From Gammaproteobacteria bacterium (GTDB lineage Bacteria > Pseudomonadota > Gammaproteobacteria > Pseudomonadales > Azotimanducaceae), in assembly GCA_002726655.1 (NCBI GenBank), contig PBRP01000034.1, positions 19,087 to 83,086 on the forward strand: a stretch of 64,000 bases of DNA. The letters are read 5' to 3'. Every line of letters begins with the position of its first letter. Position 1 is the stretch's first letter. Position numbers and translations under genes: made by a program. This document shows positions 1 to 11,899 of this stretch, piece after piece. The notes beneath the pieces were generated by a model. The model was not told the DNA's origin. It saw nothing but the letters and a program-made list of their open reading frames with translations, and made no database searches.

Positions 1-215
1 TGAACCAGGTAGCTTCATTTGATGACGGGACCGTAACCACAATAGATGGTATCCGGGTTGACTATGCTGACGGATGGGGTCTGGTCCGTGCGTCCAATAC
101 AAACCCTATGCTTACCCTGCGATTTGAAGCGGATGATGATTCAGCCATGGAAAGAATAAAGAATGTCTTCAGGGAACAAATCCAGGCCATCGATGAGAAT
201 ATCAATTTTGACTAG
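1..215 (+). CDS. algC: Phosphomannomutase/phosphoglucomutase, C-terminal fragment (5' end outside window)
   Basis: Frame 3 translates to ...DGIRVDYADGWGLVRASNTNPMLTLRFEADDDSAMERIKNVF...NFD*, the conserved C-terminal domain of alpha-D-phosphohexomutases. It sits upstream of argB as in Pseudomonas. Confidence 0.8.
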   Translation, partial: NQVASFDDGTVTTIDGIRVDYADGWGLVRASNTNPMLTLRFEADDDSAMERIKNVFREQIQAIDENINFD

Positions 216-248
216 CTCATTGGCCAGGACAATCTGCGTGGTATCTGA

Positions 249-1154
<906 letters not shown>

Positions 1155-1165
1155 CTTACCAACCA

Positions 1166-1768
1166 ATGACAGAAGAGCAGGAACCCAAAGTTTCACGCAA
1201 AGAGCAAATACTTCAGTCGCTTGCCAAGATGCTGGAACAAAGCCCGGGAGCCCGCATTACAACCGCGGGACTCGCTAGACAGGTTGGGGTATCGGAGGCC
1301 GCCCTCTATAGGCACTTTCCCAGCAAGGCCAAAATGTTTGAAGCACTTATCGAGTTTATCGAGGATACGATCTTTTCGCGTGTCTCCATTATCTTAACCG
1401 AGGAGAATTCTACAGAAGCCCGTTGCAACCAGGTCCTGACACTCCTGTTAACTTTCTCAGAGCGTAATCCCGGTATCACTAGAATCTTAACCGGTGACCC
1501 CTTGTCCGGTGAATCCGAACGATTACGAATGCGAGTCTCACAATTTTTTGAGCGTCTAGAAACACAACTCAGGCAGATCTTGCGGGAAGCAGAAATCAGG
1601 AATAATCATCAAACATCACTGGATATCAATATGGCCGCCAACCTCATGCTGAGCACAGTGGAGGGTAAGATCTGTCAGTACGTCCGCAGTGATTTTGAAA
1701 CGGTGCCGACCCTTCATTGGCAGAGCCAGTGGCAGGTACTCAAGCAGGTAGTCTTTGCCCGGATTTAG
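1166..1768 (+). CDS. slmA: TetR-family nucleoid occlusion factor SlmA
   Basis: 200 aa. The N-terminus KEQILQSLAKMLEQSPGARITTAGLARQVGVSEAALYRHFPSKAKMFEALIEFIED closely resembles SlmA. Its position next to pyrE/rph is also conserved. Confidence 0.8.
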   Translation: MTEEQEPKVSRKEQILQSLAKMLEQSPGARITTAGLARQVGVSEAALYRHFPSKAKMFEALIEFIEDTIFSRVSIILTEENSTEARCNQVLTLLLTFSERNPGITRILTGDPLSGESERLRMRVSQFFERLETQLRQILREAEIRNNHQTSLDINMAANLMLSTVEGKICQYVRSDFETVPTLHWQSQWQVLKQVVFARI

Positions 1769-1787
1769 AGACTGAACGTCTCAGGGT

Positions 1788-2435
1788 TTAGCGTTCTGGA
1801 TCTTCACCATAGAGTTCGCGAACTCTATCCAGATCGGTCGCATAACTACCCCGTAACACTTCCATCTCATCGTGTTTACCCTGGATATCATTCTTAATCT
1901 GGGCCATCCTGGCTTCAATCGTCCTAATTCTATCCAGACGATCCTTACCGATGGTTCCTCCCGATCTCTCAATGTCAGCAAGACTCGCCTCCAGTTGGTG
2001 CTTTTGATCTATCTGGCGACGCAAATTACCATTTTGTGTATTGATAAAGCTCTCTATGCTCCGCAACTTGGTGTCTCTTGCTCTGACTACATCTTCGGGC
2101 GTGCTATACAAGCGAAGCAGATTCTGATCAGCAATCTTCTGTTCCCTTCGCCTCCTGTCCGCTTCCCTTTGTTCCGCAAGCGCACTGTCTCGCGCTTGAA
2201 TCTCTTCCTCAGAAAGAGCTCGCGGTACAACTTCAATCACCCGGCCATCAAGGCTAAGTATGGTATAGCCATTTTTGACATAGCGGGCCGGGACATAGCT
2301 GTCCAGTACAGTTACGCCATCTTCGTTCTTGTATTTGTAAAGTTCTGCGACGGCACCCTGGGACACAATAATAAGGGCGACCATCAACATAAGTTGAATA
2401 AGGGACTTTCCAGTGATGTTAGAATGATCTCTCAT
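1788..2435 (-). CDS. DUF4124-type secreted coiled-coil protein
   Basis: Has a signal-like N-terminus (LIQLMLMVALIIVSQGAVA), then ELYKYKNEDGVTVLDSYVP (DUF4124-like), then a charged coiled-coil region. Confidence 0.6.
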   Translation of the reverse strand: MRDHSNITGKSLIQLMLMVALIIVSQGAVAELYKYKNEDGVTVLDSYVPARYVKNGYTILSLDGRVIEVVPRALSEEEIQARDSALAEQREADRRRREQKIADQNLLRLYSTPEDVVRARDTKLRSIESFINTQNGNLRRQIDQKHQLEASLADIERSGGTIGKDRLDRIRTIEARMAQIKNDIQGKHDEMEVLRGSYATDLDRVRELYGEDPER

Positions 2436-2438
2436 ATA

Positions 2439-3086
2439 CTAACCCGTTCCATACTCACCCTGGTAGCTTTCAATCAATTCAAGTTCTTTGCTAAAGCGAC
2501 CGGCCGAATCCAGATAATCAATGATATTACTCAACTTTACGACGCTGGCAACAGAAACACCATACTCCTGCTCAACTTCTTCGATCGCCGAAAACTCACC
2601 ACTTCCTCTTTCCTGCCGGTCGATTGCGAGCAAAATCCCAGTCACTTCTACAGGACTTTTCGACAACAGACCCATCACTTCCCGCATCGCGGTTCCAGCC
2701 GTTATGACATCATCGACCACGACAACCTTGCCCTGTAACTGAGCACCGACCATTTGGCCGCCTTCCCCGTGGTCCTTTACCTCCTTGCGGTTAAAGGCAT
2801 AGGGACAATCGATACCATGATTCAGATGAAGGGCAATTGTGGTAGCGCAAACCAGTGGAATGCCCTTGTAGGCCGCGCCAAAAAGCAAATCAAACTCCAC
2901 ACCGGAATCGAGCAAAGCGGCAGCATAAAATTCACCAATCCCGGTAAGGGTCCGACCAGTGTTAAACAAGCCGGTGTTGAAAAAGTAGGGGCTTGTTCTG
3001 CCTGACTTCAGCTCAAATTCACCGAATGTCAGTACCCCGCTCTCAACGGCAAACTCCAGAAATCTATGCTGATAATCCGTGGTCAC
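2439..3086 (-). CDS. pyrE: Orotate phosphoribosyltransferase
   Basis: 215 aa. Contains [14 protein letters not shown] and the PRPP motif [17 protein letters not shown] overlap with the rph stop. Confidence 0.95.
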   Translation of the reverse strand: MTTDYQHRFLEFAVESGVLTFGEFELKSGRTSPYFFNTGLFNTGRTLTGIGEFYAAALLDSGVEFDLLFGAAYKGIPLVCATTIALHLNHGIDCPYAFNRKEVKDHGEGGQMVGAQLQGKVVVVDDVITAGTAMREVMGLLSKSPVEVTGILLAIDRQERGSGEFSAIEEVEQEYGVSVASVVKLSNIIDYLDSAGRFSKELELIESYQGEYGTG

Positions 3087-3808
3087 TTTAGTATCCCCAG
3101 GGAATTCCTCTGGATGTCATTCAATTCGAGGATACCTTTTTCAGCCAGCGACAACATCATGTCGAGCTGCTGCCGATCAAATGGGTCGGCTTCAGCTGTA
3201 CCCTGAACCTCAATGAACCTACCATCTTCAGTCATCACAACATTCATATCAGTGTCAGCACCAGAGTCCTCAACATATTCCAGGTCCAGCAAAGGGTGTC
3301 CCTTAACAATCCCAACCGATACCGAAGCGATTAGCTGCCTTTCCGGTATGGTTTTCAGATCAAGATAATCAATTGCATCAAACAGAGCAACGCACGCCCC
3401 TGTAATGGATGCGGTTCTTGTTCCTCCGTCCGCCTGAATCACGTCACAGTCAACGCGAATAGTATTCTCACCCAGTGTTTTCATATCTACGGCTGCTCTC
3501 AGGGAGCGGCCAATGAGCCGCTGAATTTCCTGGGTTCGACCGCCCTGCTTTCCCCTTGCTGCTTCTCTTCCCATTCGCTCATTAGTAGATCGGGGCAGCA
3601 TTCCATATTCAGCCGTAATCCAGCCCTGCCCACTCCCCCTGAGAAATGGAGGTACACCTGATTCCGCGCTGGCCGTACAAATTACGCGTGTATCGCCAAA
3701 AGATACCATCACTGATCCCTCGGCATGTTTGTTGTATCCGCGATGAATCTCAATTGACCGCAATTGATCAAACTGTCGGTCACCGCTCCTCGAAAATTTT
3801 TCTACCAT
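3083..3808 (-). CDS. rph: Ribonuclease PH
   Basis: 241 aa. Contains [49 protein letters not shown] and [18 protein letters not shown]. Confidence 0.95.
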   Translation of the reverse strand: MVEKFSRSGDRQFDQLRSIEIHRGYNKHAEGSVMVSFGDTRVICTASAESGVPPFLRGSGQGWITAEYGMLPRSTNERMGREAARGKQGGRTQEIQRLIGRSLRAAVDMKTLGENTIRVDCDVIQADGGTRTASITGACVALFDAIDYLDLKTIPERQLIASVSVGIVKGHPLLDLEYVEDSGADTDMNVVMTEDGRFIEVQGTAEADPFDRQQLDMMLSLAEKGILELNDIQRNSLGILK

Positions 3809-3908
3809 TAATATTTCCCTCCCAATATCGGCTGTAGCTTATGAAATTTTGTACCAATCTCCATTATACTTGGGTTATCAACAATTGATCCTGAAGAAAG
3901 CAGATTGT

Positions 3909-4760
3909 ATGGCAAGAAGCATGACAGCGTTTGCACGCGCGCAAACAAAGAATATTTCCTGGGAAATTCGATCCGTGAATCAACGATACCTGGATGTGTC
4001 CTTTCGGATGCCTGAAGCCTATAGGGCGCTTGAGATACAACTAAAGAAATCCCTGCGCCAGCAGCTCCACCGTGGAAAGCTTGATTGTGTCCTGCGAGTC
4101 GACAAGGAACAGATTCAAACATCACTCACGATCGACAGCGGACTGGTCAAGTCACTTGGGGCAGCAGTCAGCAAAATAGATGACCTTACTGGTGAAAAAA
4201 GCCAAGTAGATGCCGTTGAGCTACTAAGGTGGCCCGGAGTAATTCTTGAAGATGACATAGACGTCGAAGCCGAGCAGGTCAATATAACGGAGACTTTTGG
4301 CAATGCTGTTGGTTCTCTCGTGGAAATGAGAGAAAGGGAAGGAGATGAGCTAAGGAGCATCGTGCTCGCTCAGCTTGAGGAGCTCGCCAGTATCGTGGAT
4401 CAGATTCGCCTGGAGGCGCCAGCCATCGTTGAACATCAGCGCAACAAGCTGCAGGACAAATTGTCACAAATCGAGGTTGAGGTGGATGATGGCAGACTTG
4501 AACAGGAATTCGTTTACCTTGCTCAGAAGTCAGACACTATGGAAGAACTGGATCGCCTCGATACACATATCGCAGAAGTTCAAAACACCTTGAATCAAAC
4601 AGGCCCAATCGGTCGGCGTTTGGATTTCCTGATGCAGGAACTCAATCGTGAGGCCAACACACTATCTTCAAAGGCAACCAGCGCGAATACCTCCCTGCAG
4701 ACAGTCGATTTGAAAGTCATTATTGAGCAGATGAGAGAGCAGATTCAGAATCTGGAGTAA
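3909..4760 (+). CDS. yicC: YicC-family stress-induced protein
   Basis: The internal Met gives MARSMTAFARA..., matching the canonical YicC N-terminus. The C-terminus RLDFLMQELNREANTLSSKA is the YicC signature. The ORF-track start at 3849 is probably too far upstream. Confidence 0.85.
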   Translation: MARSMTAFARAQTKNISWEIRSVNQRYLDVSFRMPEAYRALEIQLKKSLRQQLHRGKLDCVLRVDKEQIQTSLTIDSGLVKSLGAAVSKIDDLTGEKSQVDAVELLRWPGVILEDDIDVEAEQVNITETFGNAVGSLVEMREREGDELRSIVLAQLEELASIVDQIRLEAPAIVEHQRNKLQDKLSQIEVEVDDGRLEQEFVYLAQKSDTMEELDRLDTHIAEVQNTLNQTGPIGRRLDFLMQELNREANTLSSKATSANTSLQTVDLKVIIEQMREQIQNLE

Positions 4761-4764
4761 AGCA

Positions 4765-5385
4765 TTGGGTACTGGTAGACCATTTGTAGTAGCAGCTCCA
4801 TCAGGCGCCGGTAAGACCAGCCTGGTGAAGGCACTGGTCGATACATCACCGAATATAAAGGTGGCAACCTCCCATACGACACGCCCAAAACGCGCTAACG
4901 AGGTCGATAAACTCAACTATTTTTTTGTTGACGAACCCCATTTCCTGCGAATGATCGAGAACAGTGAGTTCCTGGAATGGGCTCGGGTTTTCGGCTTCTT
5001 ATACGGTACCAGTAAGAAAGAGGCTGATCGTATATTGACGGGCGGTGATCATCTTATCCTGGAGATCGACTGGCAGGGCACGGCCCAGATTCGCCTTGAA
5101 GTTCCACACGCAACCACCATTTTTATCTTGCCACCATCTCTGGGATCACTACGAGATCGTTTGCAGCAGCGCGCGCAGGATGATCAGCATACCGTCGATC
5201 AACGCATGAGTGCTGCTATTGACGAAATTTCCCACTACATGGATTTTGACTATCTGATTGTTAATGATGATTTTGATCAGGCACTGAGCGAGATGGGAGC
5301 CGTGGTATCAGGACAGGGGGACCACCTTCGCCAGGCCGCGCAAAGACGCAAGCTGGCTCCGCTGATTTCAGCTCTACAAGGATGA
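4765..5385 (+). CDS. gmk: Guanylate kinase
   Basis: 206 aa, TTG start. Has the P-loop VVAAPSGAGKTSL, plus TTRPKR and FLEWARVFGFLYGT. Confidence 0.93.
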   Translation: MGTGRPFVVAAPSGAGKTSLVKALVDTSPNIKVATSHTTRPKRANEVDKLNYFFVDEPHFLRMIENSEFLEWARVFGFLYGTSKKEADRILTGGDHLILEIDWQGTAQIRLEVPHATTIFILPPSLGSLRDRLQQRAQDDQHTVDQRMSAAIDEISHYMDFDYLIVNDDFDQALSEMGAVVSGQGDHLRQAAQRRKLAPLISALQG

Positions 5386-5557
5386 CGTATCCAGATTCAT
5401 TAGGAAGCAGCAATATTAATTGCCACTATTCGTGCCATAATATTGTCAGATAGCCTTATTATGGCTAAACTGTGCGGCCCTAAATGGCAGTCCATACCAG
5501 AGCGTGATGAAAACTCTGGGATTGGCGCACAGAATTAGTTCCCGGAGAATAAAGCAG

Positions 5558-5833
5558 ATGGCTAGAGTTACCATTGAAGATTGTCTTGAAAATGTGGATA
5601 ACAGATTCGAGCTGGTGATGGTTTCCAGCAAACGGGCCAGGCAAATAGCCATGCTGGGTAAAGAGCCGATGGTACCGCTGGAAAATGACAAACCCACCGT
5701 ACTGGCATTGAGAGAAATCGCAGAAGGTCATGTGAATGCCTCAATTCTCGAGGAGCCCACACAGGAAGAGACAGAGGCGTTGGCGCTCAGCGCTGTACAG
5801 GATGGTTTTGAGCAACACAACCCAGAGTTCTGA
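5558..5833 (+). CDS. rpoZ: DNA-directed RNA polymerase subunit omega
   Basis: The internal Met gives [30 protein letters not shown], the canonical RpoZ N-terminus. It lies between gmk and spoT. Confidence 0.93.
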   Translation: MARVTIEDCLENVDNRFELVMVSSKRARQIAMLGKEPMVPLENDKPTVLALREIAEGHVNASILEEPTQEETEALALSAVQDGFEQHNPEF

Positions 5834-5880
5834 TCGCCTTACCCACTACAGTAAAGGTCAATCGTTAGCGGGCGAACGCC

Positions 5881-7986
5881 GTGCTAACGATTGATACTTT
5901 TACCTCAGACCTCAAATCTTATCTTGAGCCCCTTCAAGTAGATCAGATAAAAAAAGCCTACTCCTTTGCAAAAGACGCACACCAGGGACAAACCAGAAAG
6001 TCCGGCGAACCTTATATATCACATCCACTGGCAGTAGCCTCAATTCTGGCGGACATGCATATGGACCATCAGTGTCTGATGGCTGCCCTGTTACATGACG
6101 TTATCGAAGATACCGGAGTTCCCAAGCACACTTTAAGCAAGCAGTTCGACGATCAGGTGGCAGAACTGGTTGACGGTGTGAGTAAGCTGAAAAGCATCTT
6201 CGAATCCCGTGCTGAAGCGCAGGCCGAAAACTTCCAGAAAATGACACTCGCGATGGCGAAGGACATTCGTGTCATTCTGGTGAAACTGGCAGACAGGCTA
6301 CACAATATGCGAACTCTGGACTATCTGTATCCTGAGAAACGACGCAGAATTGCTCGTGAAACCCTCGAGATTTATGCCCCCATAGCCAACAGGCTTGGCA
6401 TGAACAATATACGCGTTGAATTTGAGGAACTGGGATTCAAAGCCCTGTATCCCTTACGTTCATCCATGATCGAAAGAGCCGTCAAGAAAGCCCGGGGCAA
6501 TCGAAAGGAAATAGTGAGCAATGTACGGCAATCTATTGCTGACTGTCTTGAGCGTGAGGGAATCGAAGCAACGGTTTTCGGCCGGGAGAAACACCTGTAT
6601 AGCATCTATGACAAGATGCGATCCAAGCGCCGCTCCTTTCATGAAATTATGGACGTCTACGCTTTCAGAATTATTGTCGACAACGTGGATACCTGCTATC
6701 GCACACTGGGTGCCGTGCACAACCTGTACAAGCCCGTCGCCGGTCGGTTCAAGGACTATGTGGCAATCCCGAAAGCCAATGGATATCAATCCCTGCACAC
6801 CACTCTATTTGGTATGCATAGTCTGCCTATAGAAATTCAAATCCGAACCCATGAAATGGAAATGGTAGCCAACAATGGAATCGCCGGACACTGGCTGTAT
6901 AAATCGAGTGATGACACTGCCTCCGGGAGTCACAAAAGAGCACGGGAGTGGATGCACGGGCTCCTTGAACTCCAACAGAGCGCCGGTAATTCTTTGGAGT
7001 TCATCGAAAATGTGAAAACAGACCTGTTCCCCGATGAAGTGTATGTATTCACTCCCCTCGGTGAGATATATGAGCTTCCTCAGGGATCAACGCCAATAGA
7101 TTTTGCCTACGCGGTACACACGGATATCGGTAATACGTGTGTTGCCTGTCGAATTGATCGCAGGCTTGCCCCACTGAGCGCATCACTCGAAAGCGGACAA
7201 ACGGTCCAAATCATAACCGCCCCAGGGGCACTACCAAGCCCTGCATGGCTGGGCTTCGTTATAACCGGTAAGGCCAGAAGCAGTATCCGCCATGCGCTCA
7301 AGAACCAGCAGCGGAGCGAGTCAATCACGCTTGGTAAGCGTCTGCTCGAGAGAACACTACAGACCCACCAGAAATCATTAGCCGATATTGAACCCATTAA
7401 ACTGGCGAAGGTTCTTGAGGACCGCAGGGTTCCTGACCTGGAGTCTTTACTTGCCGAAGTGGGTCTTGGTAACCAGATGGCGCATGTCATAACGGGGATG
7501 TTAATCACGTTACCGGAAAATGCTGAGGAAAGTGAGTTCCACGGTCCTCTCGCTATCAGGGGTACTGAGGGCATGGTGGTAACCTATGCTCGTTGCTGCA
7601 AGCCCATCCCAGGGGATCACATAGTAGGCCACATCAGTGCAGGACGAGGTATCGTCATACATTCAGACCACTGCAAGAACATACAGGACCTGCAAAAAAA
7701 GCCCGAAGAAATCCTGCCTGCACGGTGGGACCCAGAAGTTGAGCAGGAATTTTCAGTTGAGCTTCGGGTAGAGCTAGAACACGAAAAAGGCATAATTGCG
7801 ATCCTGGCTTCCACTATCACTGCTGCGAACGCTAACGTGGAACGAATTAACATGCTGGAAAAAGACGCCAGACTCAGTACAGTGAACATCGTGCTTTCTG
7901 TCAAGGACAGGATTCACCTGGCAAACGTTATCAGAAGATTGCGTACCATCAAGGTGATAAACAAAATCATCAGGGTTCGCAGCTGA
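5881..7986 (+). CDS. spoT: Bifunctional (p)ppGpp synthetase/hydrolase
   Basis: 701 aa, GTG start. Has the HD domain (HPLAVASILADMHMD, LLHDVIEDT), a RelA/SpoT synthetase domain (YSIYDKM, GYQSLHTT), and TGS and ACT regions. Follows rpoZ. Confidence 0.93.
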   Translation: MLTIDTFTSDLKSYLEPLQVDQIKKAYSFAKDAHQGQTRKSGEPYISHPLAVASILADMHMDHQCLMAALLHDVIEDTGVPKHTLSKQFDDQVAELVDGVSKLKSIFESRAEAQAENFQKMTLAMAKDIRVILVKLADRLHNMRTLDYLYPEKRRRIARETLEIYAPIANRLGMNNIRVEFEELGFKALYPLRSSMIERAVKKARGNRKEIVSNVRQSIADCLEREGIEATVFGREKHLYSIYDKMRSKRRSFHEIMDVYAFRIIVDNVDTCYRTLGAVHNLYKPVAGRFKDYVAIPKANGYQSLHTTLFGMHSLPIEIQIRTHEMEMVANNGIAGHWLYKSSDDTASGSHKRAREWMHGLLELQQSAGNSLEFIENVKTDLFPDEVYVFTPLGEIYELPQGSTPIDFAYAVHTDIGNTCVACRIDRRLAPLSASLESGQTVQIITAPGALPSPAWLGFVITGKARSSIRHALKNQQRSESITLGKRLLERTLQTHQKSLADIEPIKLAKVLEDRRVPDLESLLAEVGLGNQMAHVITGMLITLPENAEESEFHGPLAIRGTEGMVVTYARCCKPIPGDHIVGHISAGRGIVIHSDHCKNIQDLQKKPEEILPARWDPEVEQEFSVELRVELEHEKGIIAILASTITAANANVERINMLEKDARLSTVNIVLSVKDRIHLANVIRRLRTIKVINKIIRVRS

Positions 7987-8009
7987 TCCGGTTAAGGCAG
8001 GCCAAATTT

Positions 8010-8390
8010 ATGACAAAGAATCAAATTTCAACTGCTGGTGCACCACAGGCTATTGGCCCATACTCCCAGGCAGTCGTACACCAGGGCACCGTTTATATCA
8101 GTGGCCAGATCCCGCTGATCCCGGAAACAATGCTATTGGTCAGCGACGATATAACTGAGCAAATCGACCAGGTGTTCTCCAACCTCCAGGAAATCTGCCA
8201 GGCAGCAGGGGGAGACCTCGACTCTATCGTTAAACTTACTGTCTACCTGATCAACCTTGACCATTTCACTGCAGTGAATACCGCCATGGAAAATCTCCTT
8301 AACAAACCCTACCCGGCTCGCGCTGCCGTTGAAGTGTCAGCCCTGCCAAAAGGAGCCATGGTGGAGGTAGACGCCATCATGTCACTTTGA
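8010..8390 (+). CDS. ridA: RidA/YjgF-family reactive intermediate deaminase
   Basis: 126 aa. Contains APQAIGPYSQAV, YISGQIPL and PARAAVEVSALPKGAMVEVDAI. Confidence 0.9.
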   Translation: MTKNQISTAGAPQAIGPYSQAVVHQGTVYISGQIPLIPETMLLVSDDITEQIDQVFSNLQEICQAAGGDLDSIVKLTVYLINLDHFTAVNTAMENLLNKPYPARAAVEVSALPKGAMVEVDAIMSL

Positions 8391-8406
8391 ACCGCTCCCA
8401 GAGCCT

Positions 8407-10479
8407 TTGCATAACATGGGACTTGATAAATCACCGGTAAGTTCTCTTAAAGGCGTAGGTCCCGCACTGGCTGGTAAACTCGCAAAAATTGGCATCTTCA
8501 CCCTGCAGGACGTCCTTTTTCATCTGCCATTTCGTTACGAAGACCGAACACGAATCACCCCAATCGGGATGCTGGTCCCAGGAAAATCGGTAGTCCTTGA
8601 GGGAGAAATCATCTCCTGTGATATAGCGTATGGGAGGAGGCGCAGTTTACTGGCCTACCTTCAGGACAGCACAGGTCAGATCGCATTGAGGTTCTTCCAT
8701 TTCACGAAAGCACAACAAAGAAATCTCTCATCCAGCCGGTCCATTCGTTGTTTTGGTGAAGCTCGACTTGGTGCCACCGGCCTGGAAATCTACCATCCTG
8801 AATATAGTCAAAATGTCAGTGCTGAACTTCCCAAACACTTTACACCTGTATACCCGGGCACTGAAGGCGTCAGCCAACAGCGCTATCGCAAAATTGTTTC
8901 CCAGGTGTTCGCGCTAATGAGTAGCGGTGACCAGCTTGATGAGTTAATGGGTGACATCGAGCATCCTTATGAAATTGACATCAATAACGCACTAGATCTG
9001 GTACACAACCCGCCACATGATGTTGACATGGATGCATTACTTGCGGGGAGACATCTAGCGCAGCAAAATCTCGCCTTCGAGGAACTGTTGGCTCACCAAA
9101 TAAGTTTGCGTTTGGTAAGAGATGAAATTAATAGACTCGAGGCACCCTGTTTTCATAGTCCGGGAATCGACTATAAGGCCCTTATTTCCTCGTTTGGGTA
9201 CGAGCTTACAGACGCACAGATCCGTGTTGCCGGGGAAGTCGCTATCGATATGGCACAGACATCACCCACTTTAAGACTAATTCAGGGTGATGTGGGTTCT
9301 GGAAAAACAGTTATTGCAGCACTGTCTGCGGTGCACGCCCACGAAAACGGATACCAGTGTGCCCTGATGGCACCCACGGAAATATTGGCTGAGCAGCATT
9401 TCATCAACCTCTCCAGTTGGCTCACACCCCTGGGCATCACCACTGCCTGGTTAACGGGGAAAGTGAAGGGGAAAAGACGCCGAGAGGAACTCGAGTCCAT
9501 CGCAAGCGGTAGCGCCAGGGTAGTTATCGGCACTCATGCCTTGTTTCAAAAAGACGTTCAGTTTGGCAATCTCGGACTGGTCATTATTGACGAACAACAT
9601 CGATTCGGCGTTCATCAAAGATTGGCCCTCAGGGAAAAGGGCAACAAAGACAAGTTTATGCCTCATCAGCTGATCATGACTGCCACCCCGATTCCAAGAA
9701 CCCTCACCATGAGCATGTATGCTGATATGGATTGCTCCATCATTGATGAGCTGCCTCCGGGAAGAAAGCCGGTTACCACAAACGTTCTACCTGATTCGCG
9801 TCGCGATGACGTCGTCACGCGTGTGAAGTCAGCCTGCCAATCAGGAGCCCAGGCGTACTGGGTATGTACCCTGGTGGAAGAGTCCGAGATTATTCAGTGC
9901 CAGGCAGCTGAAGCCACCGCCACCGATCTGTCCAGAGAGCTGAAGGGACTAGAGGTCGGCTTGATCCACGGGCGACTGCCGGCAGCCGAAAAAGCCGAGA
10001 CGATGAATCAATTCAAAGCGGGTGAAATTGATCTGCTAGTGGCTACAACCGTGATAGAAGTTGGTGTTGATGTTCCCAATGCGAGTCTGATGGTAATTGA
10101 GAATTCTGAAAGACTAGGTCTCGCACAACTCCATCAACTTCGCGGTCGTATCGGTCGTGGCAAGGCGCAAAGTCATTGCCTCCTGCTCTACCACTCCCCA
10201 CTCGGCGAAACCAGTAGACAGCGATTGAATGTACTTCGCGAAAGTAACGATGGCTTCCATATCGCCGAGATGGATTTGCAAATCCGGGGTCCCGGTGAAC
10301 TGTTCGGGAGCCGACAATCCGGTAGTTTGCAATTCAGAATAGCTGATCTGCTTCGTGACCATCATATGCTTGATGACATCGCTCGCATTGCAAATCAGCT
10401 GCTGCGCAACGACCAGATCTCGGCCAGGGCAATTATCGAACGCTGGATAGTATCGCCGGAAGAATTTAGTCAGGCTTAG
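8407..10479 (+). CDS. recG: ATP-dependent DNA helicase RecG
   Basis: 690 aa. Has the wedge-domain N-terminus (LKGVGPALAGKLAKIGIFTLQDVLFHLPFRYEDRT), Walker A GDVGSGKT, DEQHRFG and QLRGRIGRG. The ATG at 8416 is an alternative start. Confidence 0.93.
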   Translation: MHNMGLDKSPVSSLKGVGPALAGKLAKIGIFTLQDVLFHLPFRYEDRTRITPIGMLVPGKSVVLEGEIISCDIAYGRRRSLLAYLQDSTGQIALRFFHFTKAQQRNLSSSRSIRCFGEARLGATGLEIYHPEYSQNVSAELPKHFTPVYPGTEGVSQQRYRKIVSQVFALMSSGDQLDELMGDIEHPYEIDINNALDLVHNPPHDVDMDALLAGRHLAQQNLAFEELLAHQISLRLVRDEINRLEAPCFHSPGIDYKALISSFGYELTDAQIRVAGEVAIDMAQTSPTLRLIQGDVGSGKTVIAALSAVHAHENGYQCALMAPTEILAEQHFINLSSWLTPLGITTAWLTGKVKGKRRREELESIASGSARVVIGTHALFQKDVQFGNLGLVIIDEQHRFGVHQRLALREKGNKDKFMPHQLIMTATPIPRTLTMSMYADMDCSIIDELPPGRKPVTTNVLPDSRRDDVVTRVKSACQSGAQAYWVCTLVEESEIIQCQAAEATATDLSRELKGLEVGLIHGRLPAAEKAETMNQFKAGEIDLLVATTVIEVGVDVPNASLMVIENSERLGLAQLHQLRGRIGRGKAQSHCLLLYHSPLGETSRQRLNVLRESNDGFHIAEMDLQIRGPGELFGSRQSGSLQFRIADLLRDHHMLDDIARIANQLLRNDQISARAIIERWIVSPEEFSQA

Positions 10480-10537
10480 CTGGGACTAAATCGCCGAGCC
10501 AGCGTGGCTAGCCCGGATAATTCACAAAATATCCAGG

Positions 10538-11794
10538 TTAGGTAGTTTTGTCATAAAAGATAGCTTCATCAAATTGATTTTCGCTTTTCGCAACCACTGT
10601 AGATACGGCTGCATCACCAGTGACATTGACGGCTGTTCTAAGCATATCAAGCAGCCTGTCGACACCAATGATTAGAGCAATACCCTCAACCGGCAAACCA
10701 ACCTGGGTCAGCACCATAGCCAGGGTTATTAGCCCTACGCCTGGAACACCTGCTGTTCCAATTGATGCAAGTGTTGCCGTCAACACAACCATGAGATAAC
10801 CCGTCATGGAAATGTCTATGTTATATGCCTGGGAAATAAACACGGTCGCCACGCCCTGCATAATGGCAGTGCCATCCATATTGATCGTTGCTCCAAGTGG
10901 TACCGTGAAGGACGCCACTTCATTCTTCACACCCAGCCGGTCCTCAACATGTTCCAGTGTGATGGGCAGGGTGGCATTGCTGGACGCCATGCTAAATGCA
11001 TAGGCCATTACAGGAGAAAACTTGCGATAGAAAGTTAAGGGATTTAGATTAGCGGCAAACCTGATCAGCAAACTGAAGGTTCCACTAAAATGCAAAAGAA
11101 GCACAAAAACAACCGTGAGGAAATACTTCAACAGATCCGCGATTGCACTAAATCCCATATTGGCAAACAAGGTCACCATCAGACAAAAAACCCCGATAGG
11201 TGCAACTGTCATCAGCATCATGATGAGACGCATGATGACGGCATCCCAGTCATTTAGTGTAGCCCGGACTCTCTGCCCCGGCTCTCCACACTTGTTGATA
11301 GCAACGCCAACGAGTATGGCGAAAACTATGACCTGCAGCATATTACCTTCGGCCATAGCCCGGACAGGATTGGTCGGAACAATATTTATCAATACCTGCT
11401 TGATAGAGGGGCTATCCTTGGCAGCAAATTCACTCTGTGCTGCCAGATTTATACCTTCGCCAGGATTAATCGTGGTCGCTACAAATAGAGCCAGAGAAAT
11501 CGCAATTGCTGTTGTAAATAGATACAGACCCATGGTTTTTAGGCCGATACGCCCCATACTAGAACCGTCTGAGAGGTTGCTCGCACCGCAAACCAATGAC
11601 ACAAATACCAGTGGTACAACCAGCAACTTCAAACTCGCTATAAAGATTTTGCCGCCGATATCGAACAGTCCATCAATGAAATAGACCATAACTATCCCAT
11701 CATCAGCCAGGGCTATCATGTGGACACCTGACCCAAGGACAAATCCAAGGATCATGCCAATAATTATATTCCTGGTTAACTTACCTCGATCCAT
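10538..11794 (-). CDS. Dicarboxylate/amino acid:cation symporter (DAACS family)
   Basis: Multi-pass membrane protein with DAACS motifs (SSNATLP, GATINMDGTA, VDRLLDMLRTAVNVTGD). I use the internal Met (MDRGKLTRNII...). The 455-aa ORF-track form would overlap the divergent ubiA start. Confidence 0.85.
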   Translation of the reverse strand: MDRGKLTRNIIIGMILGFVLGSGVHMIALADDGIVMVYFIDGLFDIGGKIFIASLKLLVVPLVFVSLVCGASNLSDGSSMGRIGLKTMGLYLFTTAIAISLALFVATTINPGEGINLAAQSEFAAKDSPSIKQVLINIVPTNPVRAMAEGNMLQVIVFAILVGVAINKCGEPGQRVRATLNDWDAVIMRLIMMLMTVAPIGVFCLMVTLFANMGFSAIADLLKYFLTVVFVLLLHFSGTFSLLIRFAANLNPLTFYRKFSPVMAYAFSMASSNATLPITLEHVEDRLGVKNEVASFTVPLGATINMDGTAIMQGVATVFISQAYNIDISMTGYLMVVLTATLASIGTAGVPGVGLITLAMVLTQVGLPVEGIALIIGVDRLLDMLRTAVNVTGDAAVSTVVAKSENQFDEAIFYDKTT

Positions 11795-11899
11795 AATCAA
11801 ACAAGCCTTTCCAGAGACAATGGGTTCTGATTTGAGCCCGGCGGTTGAAGGACCAGGCAAGCAAAGTATACTAACTGATTTACCCCCATCACGATAGAA

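Noticed and set aside
1872-2738. 288-aa plus-strand ORF overlapping the DUF4124 gene and pyrE
   Set aside because: It is antisense to two genes with clear homology. It has low-complexity, Ser/Leu/Arg-rich shadow-frame composition, no ribosome-binding site and no recognisable domain.
11115-11684. 189-aa plus-strand ORF inside the DAACS symporter gene. Similar long antisense or off-frame ORFs occur at 31069..31683, 35611..36099, 21325..21774, 19812..20300, 57891..58298 and 29942..30421.
   Set aside because: All are shadow ORFs within strongly supported genes. Their compositions are typical of the wrong frame, with no start context.
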